64,000 bases of DNA. Source: Promethearchaeota archaeon. GTDB taxonomy: Archaea > Asgardarchaeota > Lokiarchaeia > Sigyniarchaeales > SOKP01. Positions 59,046 through 64,000 of this stretch are shown here, one piece after another. The stretch spans positions 640,001-704,000 of the forward strand of contig JAHPZA010000006.1 of NCBI GenBank assembly GCA_019058445.1, read 5' to 3'. The notes under the pieces were generated by a model. It searched no databases, had not been told where the DNA came from, and worked only from the letters and a program-made list of their open reading frames with translations. Both the position numbers and the translations under genes were made by a program. The number at the start of each line of letters is the position of its first letter. The first letter of the stretch is position 1.

Positions 59046-60437
59046 ATGAGTGAAAATGAAAAAGAATTACTTGATGAGTCATATAAAGAACCTTCAGTAC
59101 CTAGCATGATTTCCTACGGAACGGCTGGTTTTTGGAGTATGTTTGCGTATTCAGTTTTCGGAGCATATTTTTTCTTCTTTTATGAGATAGCAGTGGGTTT
59201 AGATACCATTCTCATAGCTTTAGCAATGATTATATTTACCTTATGGGATGCTGTAAATGATCCGCTTATTGGGTTTCTTACCGATCGTAAAACAAAGTTC
59301 ACAAAAAAAGCAGGCAAGAGATTTCCATGGATTGTAATTGGCATTTTGCCAGCGAATTTTATGTTTGCACTATTATTTATGCCACCAATGGGGGCTGCTC
59401 CAATTGTATTATTTTGGTGGATTATTATAACGACCTGCACATTTGATTCTTTAGTTACGCTCTGTATGGTTAATGTTTCTGCACTTTTTCCGGATAAATT
59501 TCGGACAGACAAAGCACGTAGGAAGGCTTCAGGATTGAGTGCAACATTCTCTATGCTTGCGTTACCCGCAAGTGCCATTATACCTCCATTAATTATTACA
59601 TTCGAAGATCCAACAAGTTATATCCCCATGGCTTGGTTATGTGTTGGAATATTAGTGATTGTTGCGATATTATTCTTGCCCGGGATGATTGAGAATAAAG
59701 AGTTAAAGGAAAGATATTATGTTAGTGAAGAAATTCAAGAAGGCTTCTTAGACGCATTAAAATCATCAATGAAACAAACGAGTTTTGTATATTATATCAT
59801 CCTCTTCTTTGGATTTACAGTTGTTACTTCTTGTTTAACAGCTTCCATTCCGTACGTAGTATTTATTGTAATACAAGGCTCTGAATTTTTTGCGATAATG
59901 TTATTTGCATTGTTTCTTAGTGGAACAATCATCTCAGTTCCTTTTTGGGTTTTTTTTGCTAAGAAAATGAAAAATAACAAAAAAACGGCTGTTATTGGAG
60001 GATTTACATGTGCAATTGTTACGTTTATAGTGACATTTTTTGTCGGCATTCTCGACTTGGTTTTTGTATTTATTTTAGGATTCGCCATGGGAAACCTCTG
60101 GGTTTTGATTCCGGTCTATTTTTCAGATGTACTCGATGAAAGAGTAGTATTAACACGTTCAGATGTGAGAGGGACTACTGTAGGAGTTCAAAATTTCTTT
60201 ACACGATTATCACGTGGCGCCCAAATTGCAATATTTGCTATAGTTCATATTCTAACCGGATTTGTTGAGGGTTCACAAACCCAGACAGAATTAGCTCAAT
60301 TTGGAGTGTTACTTCATTTTACTGTAATTCCTGCCATAATACTTGCGATATGTACTCTAATCTATTGGAAAAAATTCCCGCTTACGCCGGAAGAAACAAA
60401 CAAGATAAAAATAAAACTTAAAGAACTCGGTTTTTAA
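59046..60437 (+). CDS. MFS transporter, GPH family
   Basis: WDAVNDPLIGFLTDR, GKRFPWI, PDKFRTDKAR. Paralog of 19754..21145. Confidence 0.92.
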   Translation: MSENEKELLDESYKEPSVPSMISYGTAGFWSMFAYSVFGAYFFFFYEIAVGLDTILIALAMIIFTLWDAVNDPLIGFLTDRKTKFTKKAGKRFPWIVIGILPANFMFALLFMPPMGAAPIVLFWWIIITTCTFDSLVTLCMVNVSALFPDKFRTDKARRKASGLSATFSMLALPASAIIPPLIITFEDPTSYIPMAWLCVGILVIVAILFLPGMIENKELKERYYVSEEIQEGFLDALKSSMKQTSFVYYIILFFGFTVVTSCLTASIPYVVFIVIQGSEFFAIMLFALFLSGTIISVPFWVFFAKKMKNNKKTAVIGGFTCAIVTFIVTFFVGILDLVFVFILGFAMGNLWVLIPVYFSDVLDERVVLTRSDVRGTTVGVQNFFTRLSRGAQIAIFAIVHILTGFVEGSQTQTELAQFGVLLHFTVIPAIILAICTLIYWKKFPLTPEETNKIKIKLKELGF

Positions 60438-60548
60438 TTCAATTTTTACTTTCATTTTTTTTTTAAGTTTATTGAGGGCTTTATTATATAACAATAGATT
60501 TATTATTATTCTAATTTAAGTTAACCTAATAAATTAAGAATATGAAAA

Positions 60549-60795
60549 ATGGTTAATATATCTGAAAATAGTGATGTTTACTGAGAATTGCAAAAACATC
60601 TCGATATGCTTCCAATTGGATCTCCTGCCAGAGAATCAGCGGTGGAAATAAAGATATTGAAGAAAGTTTTTACACCAGAAGAAACTAAAGTCGCGACTAA
60701 GCTAAGGTTCACGTTCGAATCCCTAGATAATATTTATAAACGAGTTGATAGCAAGGAGATGTCAATAAACGATTTAGAAATAGTATTAGACAATT
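60549..60795 (+). pseudogene. Truncated duplicate of the 5' end (and promoter) of 61833..62942
   Basis: SENSDVY*ELQKHLDMLPIGSPA versus SENSDIYRELQKHLDTLPIGYPA (CGA to TGA at 60582). Similarity ends near 60795. Upstream 60468-60548 matches 61751-61830. Confidence 0.85.
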
Positions 60796-60928
60796 CTGAT
60801 CATTGTTCCATCGTTTTGAAAATGGATATAGAAATCCCTTTCATGAGTATTCAATCTAAAAGTTCATTTAAAGCATTAATCACTTCATTTATCTATATAA
60901 AATTTTTTATATTTTCATTTTCTTAAAT

Positions 60929-61522
60929 TTGTTTATTATGGGATTGAAAATTTTAAAAAAAAGGAATTTTTTTAATAGAATAATCTTAAAACTCTGGTTG
61001 AAAGATGCTTATAGAAAGATTGAAAGATTTGAGAAATTTCTTAATAAAGAAGATAAAATTCTAGACATAGGTGGAGGTCTCGGAACTGTGTCTTACCTTT
61101 TAAAAAAAAGGGGATACGATTCAGAAGTTATAGATGTTCAAGATGTTTCTATTTTTAAAGATATTCACCCCTTAATATATGGCGGGACAAAACTTCCCTT
61201 TGATGATAATACTTATGATATAGCACTCATTCTCACAGTGTTACATCATACAAAATCCCCGGAAATAATTCTAAATGAAGCGAAAAGAGTTGCTAAAAGA
61301 ATAATCATTATTGAAGATATCTACAATTCATTATTACATAAATACGTTTTATTCTTAATTGATTCTTTTACTAACTTTCAATTTTTTAACCATCCTCATA
61401 GCAATAAAAACCATAATGGCTGGATTCAATTATTTAAGAACTTAAATATAGAAGTTATTGAATACCGAATCATAAAAACAGCTCCATTTGTGCATCAAGT
61501 AACATACATTTTAAAAACCTAA
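60929..61522 (+). CDS. Class I SAM-dependent methyltransferase
   Basis: ILDIGGGLG, LPFDDNTYD, VLHH. Confidence 0.9.
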   Translation: MFIMGLKILKKRNFFNRIILKLWLKDAYRKIERFEKFLNKEDKILDIGGGLGTVSYLLKKRGYDSEVIDVQDVSIFKDIHPLIYGGTKLPFDDNTYDIALILTVLHHTKSPEIILNEAKRVAKRIIIIEDIYNSLLHKYVLFLIDSFTNFQFFNHPHSNKNHNGWIQLFKNLNIEVIEYRIIKTAPFVHQVTYILKT

Positions 61523-61832
61523 TTCAAGTTCATTGAAAGCATTCAAACATATAAAATTTTAAATCAAATCGATATATTGAATCTATAACTTAATTGGATA
61601 AAAGAATATACAATTCCATACAAGTTCATTTGTTATTAAGTATAATAATAATCACATTACATAAAGAAAAAAATCTTAAAAAATCCATTTTAACCACAAG
61701 AGAATCAACCAACCAAATTTTTAATTAATTTTTTTCTTTATTTTTCTAAATTTATTAAGAGCTTTATTATATAACAATAAGATTTATAATTATTCTAAAT
61801 CACCTTAACCCATTGAATTAAGAATATGAAAT

Positions 61833-62942
61833 GTGTTTTATATGTCTGAAAATAGTGATATTTACCGAGAATTGCAAAAACATCTCGATACGCTTCCAAT
61901 TGGATATCCTGCCACAGAATCAGGGGTGGAAATAAATTTATTGAAACAACTTTTTACACCAGAAGAAGCGAAAGCTGCAACTAAGTTAAACTTCTCCTTC
62001 GAATTACTGGAGGACATTTACGAGAGATTTGATAGCAAGGAGATGTCCATAAATGAGTTAGAGCAAATATTAAATAATGCAGTCTCCAAAGGCGCTGTCA
62101 TCATCAAAAAAGAGGGTGATAAGAAATATTATGCTAATGCAATGTTTATGATTGGGATGTATGACATTCAAACCCATCGAGGGAATGAAACTCTTGTTGA
62201 TTTTTTACAAACCTCTTCTCAATATTTTAAAGAAGCTATGGATGCGGAAATGTTTTCCACAGGAATTAATCAATTTCGAATTGTACCAATAGAAACAAGT
62301 ATAACTCCTGAACATCATATCACGTCTTATGACGATATTCGTCAAATTATTGAAAATACAGAAGGTCCAATTGTAGTGAACGATTGTGTGTGTCGAAATA
62401 AAAAGGATCTCTACGGAGAACCATGTAGCCATACTGATTTGCGTGAGACTTGTTTTGTGCTGCGTGATGTATTTGCTCAAATGTATATCGATAATGGATG
62501 GGGTAGACAAATAAGTAAAGAAGAAGCACTCGAAATTTTAAAGAAAACAGAAGAAGATGGATTGGTGTACCAACCAGGTAACGCTCAGAGACCTGGATCT
62601 CTCTGTTGTTGTTGCGGATGTTGTTGCGGATATTTAGCTGATATGAAAGCATTACCTAAGCCAACAGATTTTCTCAAATCAAATTATTACGCTGAAATAG
62701 ACTCTGATTCTTGTACAGGTTGCAGCACCTGTATAGATCGCTGCCAAATGGATGCATTGACTCTCGTGAATGATATCTCTACTGTAAATCTGGATAAGTG
62801 TATAGGATGCGGGGCATGTGTGCCAACCTGCCCTGTAGAGGCAATCATACTTCGCAAAAAAGAAAAAGAAACTACGCCTCCTGCCGATTGGGATGCATTG
62901 TACGAAAATATCTTAAATAAAAAGCAGGAACTTCGCTCATAA
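61833..62942 (+). CDS. 4Fe-4S dicluster protein with Cys-rich CCCCGCCC domain
   Basis: CVCR, CCCCGCCCG, CTGCSTCIDRC, CIGCGACVPTCP. Probable start ATG 61842. Confidence 0.9.
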   Translation: MFYMSENSDIYRELQKHLDTLPIGYPATESGVEINLLKQLFTPEEAKAATKLNFSFELLEDIYERFDSKEMSINELEQILNNAVSKGAVIIKKEGDKKYYANAMFMIGMYDIQTHRGNETLVDFLQTSSQYFKEAMDAEMFSTGINQFRIVPIETSITPEHHITSYDDIRQIIENTEGPIVVNDCVCRNKKDLYGEPCSHTDLRETCFVLRDVFAQMYIDNGWGRQISKEEALEILKKTEEDGLVYQPGNAQRPGSLCCCCGCCCGYLADMKALPKPTDFLKSNYYAEIDSDSCTGCSTCIDRCQMDALTLVNDISTVNLDKCIGCGACVPTCPVEAIILRKKEKETTPPADWDALYENILNKKQELRS

Positions 62943-63045
62943 TAGCTATAAACTGCTGATAAAATCTTATTAAAGATGAATTAATCTTTAATTATGTCTT
63001 TTTTTTTGTTTAGAAATTATTTTCAAATGAGGTGAAACTCAAAAA

Positions 63046-63849
63046 GTGGCAGGCATTAAGGAAGAATGGTATAAAATTACGAAACTTAAGGATTATTTAT
63101 ATGTTTTACAAGAAAATATCTCCATTGTCCATCCCGTTTATACTAACGATCCTTTAAATCTCTACTTGATTTTAGGAGATCATACTGCTATTTTAATAGA
63201 TACAGGATGTGGATTATCTCCTTTAAAGCCATTAGTTGAGAAATTAATCAGAGGAAGAGATTTGTTGATTTTTAACTCCCACACGCACTGGGATCACGTT
63301 TTTGGTAATGGACAATTCGAAGAAGTATATGTGCATGAAAATGAAGCATTTATGGTTTCTAGACCTTACGACCTTTCATTCTCAAAAGAAATCTTCGGGA
63401 AATGCTATGCGAGTAGAAATTTTCTCATACCTCCCGCTAAAACTATCAAAACCCTAAAGGATGGAGATTCCTTTGATTTAGGAAAGATAAAAGTTAAAGT
63501 TATACATGCACCAGGACATTCTCCGGGTTCAATTTGCTTACTAACAACTACAGGAGAACTTTTTATTGGAGATGTTTCTTATTATGGAGATATATTCTTA
63601 CCCCGTAGAAGGTCCTTTCCTATAGTTCTCGAAAGCATTTCAAAGCTAATAAGATTATGCGAAATCAATGATAAAATTGAATTATATCCCTCCCATAAAA
63701 AAATACCTTGTGATAATACTCTTTTACTAGATCTTTATAATGGGATTAAAAATATTGAAAATTTATGGGAAAACCGGAAAGAACATAATTTTTTTAATGC
63801 GTGGGTAATTGATGATGAGAAATTCAGGTATTATATTTCACGCTATTAA
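63046..63849 (+). CDS. Metallo-beta-lactamase-fold hydrolase
   Basis: IDTGCG, SHTHWDHVFGN, PGHSPGS, GD, PSH. Confidence 0.92.
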   Translation: MAGIKEEWYKITKLKDYLYVLQENISIVHPVYTNDPLNLYLILGDHTAILIDTGCGLSPLKPLVEKLIRGRDLLIFNSHTHWDHVFGNGQFEEVYVHENEAFMVSRPYDLSFSKEIFGKCYASRNFLIPPAKTIKTLKDGDSFDLGKIKVKVIHAPGHSPGSICLLTTTGELFIGDVSYYGDIFLPRRRSFPIVLESISKLIRLCEINDKIELYPSHKKIPCDNTLLLDLYNGIKNIENLWENRKEHNFFNAWVIDDEKFRYYISRY

Positions 63850-64000
63850 TCGTAAAAATGTTTTACTAACTCTAGATTTTTAAAAATATTTGAAATTTCA
63901 TAATAATGAACTTTTTTCAATTGAAAAAAAGTTAGTTTTTTAACAACGAATTATTGAACAAGTATTTTAAAAAAAAACTCTTTTAAAGGTTTTAATGAAC

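Noticed and set aside
60582-60584. In-frame TGA as possible selenocysteine
   Set aside because: It aligns to Arg (CGA), not Cys, in the intact paralog, and the copy is truncated. It is a pseudogene.

Overview
AT-rich archaeal chromosomal window, almost certainly from an Asgard archaeon (Lokiarchaeia/Promethearchaeota). The basis is a Lokiactin-type actin, a Loki-type profilin domain, Loki-style multi-TM and GPH/MFS paralogs, and TTTATATA promoters. Most genes are ordinary metabolism or transport: Mo-bisPGD oxidoreductase, thiolase, enoyl-CoA hydratase, pyruvate kinase, several MFS transporters, Fe-S proteins, methyltransferases and GNATs. A decayed, duplicated accessory zone lies at about 8.7-17.8 kb. 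Main discoveries: (1) An actin locus (2.3-8.5 kb). Actin is followed on the same strand by a small helical protein and a profilin-like domain fused to a TrmB-type transcription factor. A profilin-less paralog of that factor lies nearby, and the same TATA+TTGTCAC palindrome motif sits upstream of both actin and that paralog. This is a candidate actin-sensing transcriptional circuit. (2) Three dispersed ~100-125-nt elements, each with its own TATA box, covarying stems, an invariant AUUGGAUUUCGCCCU internal-loop strand and a pyrimidine tail. These form a candidate new small-RNA family. (3) A ~200-nt multi-stem, possibly pseudoknotted RNA upstream of a CoiA-like nuclease. (4) A tandem 2x6TM potassium channel with asymmetric voltage sensors. 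(5) A membrane-anchored collagen + C1q/TNF-like protein. No rRNA, intact tRNA or CRISPR array was seen. All family assignments come from motif recognition by eye; no database searches were run.
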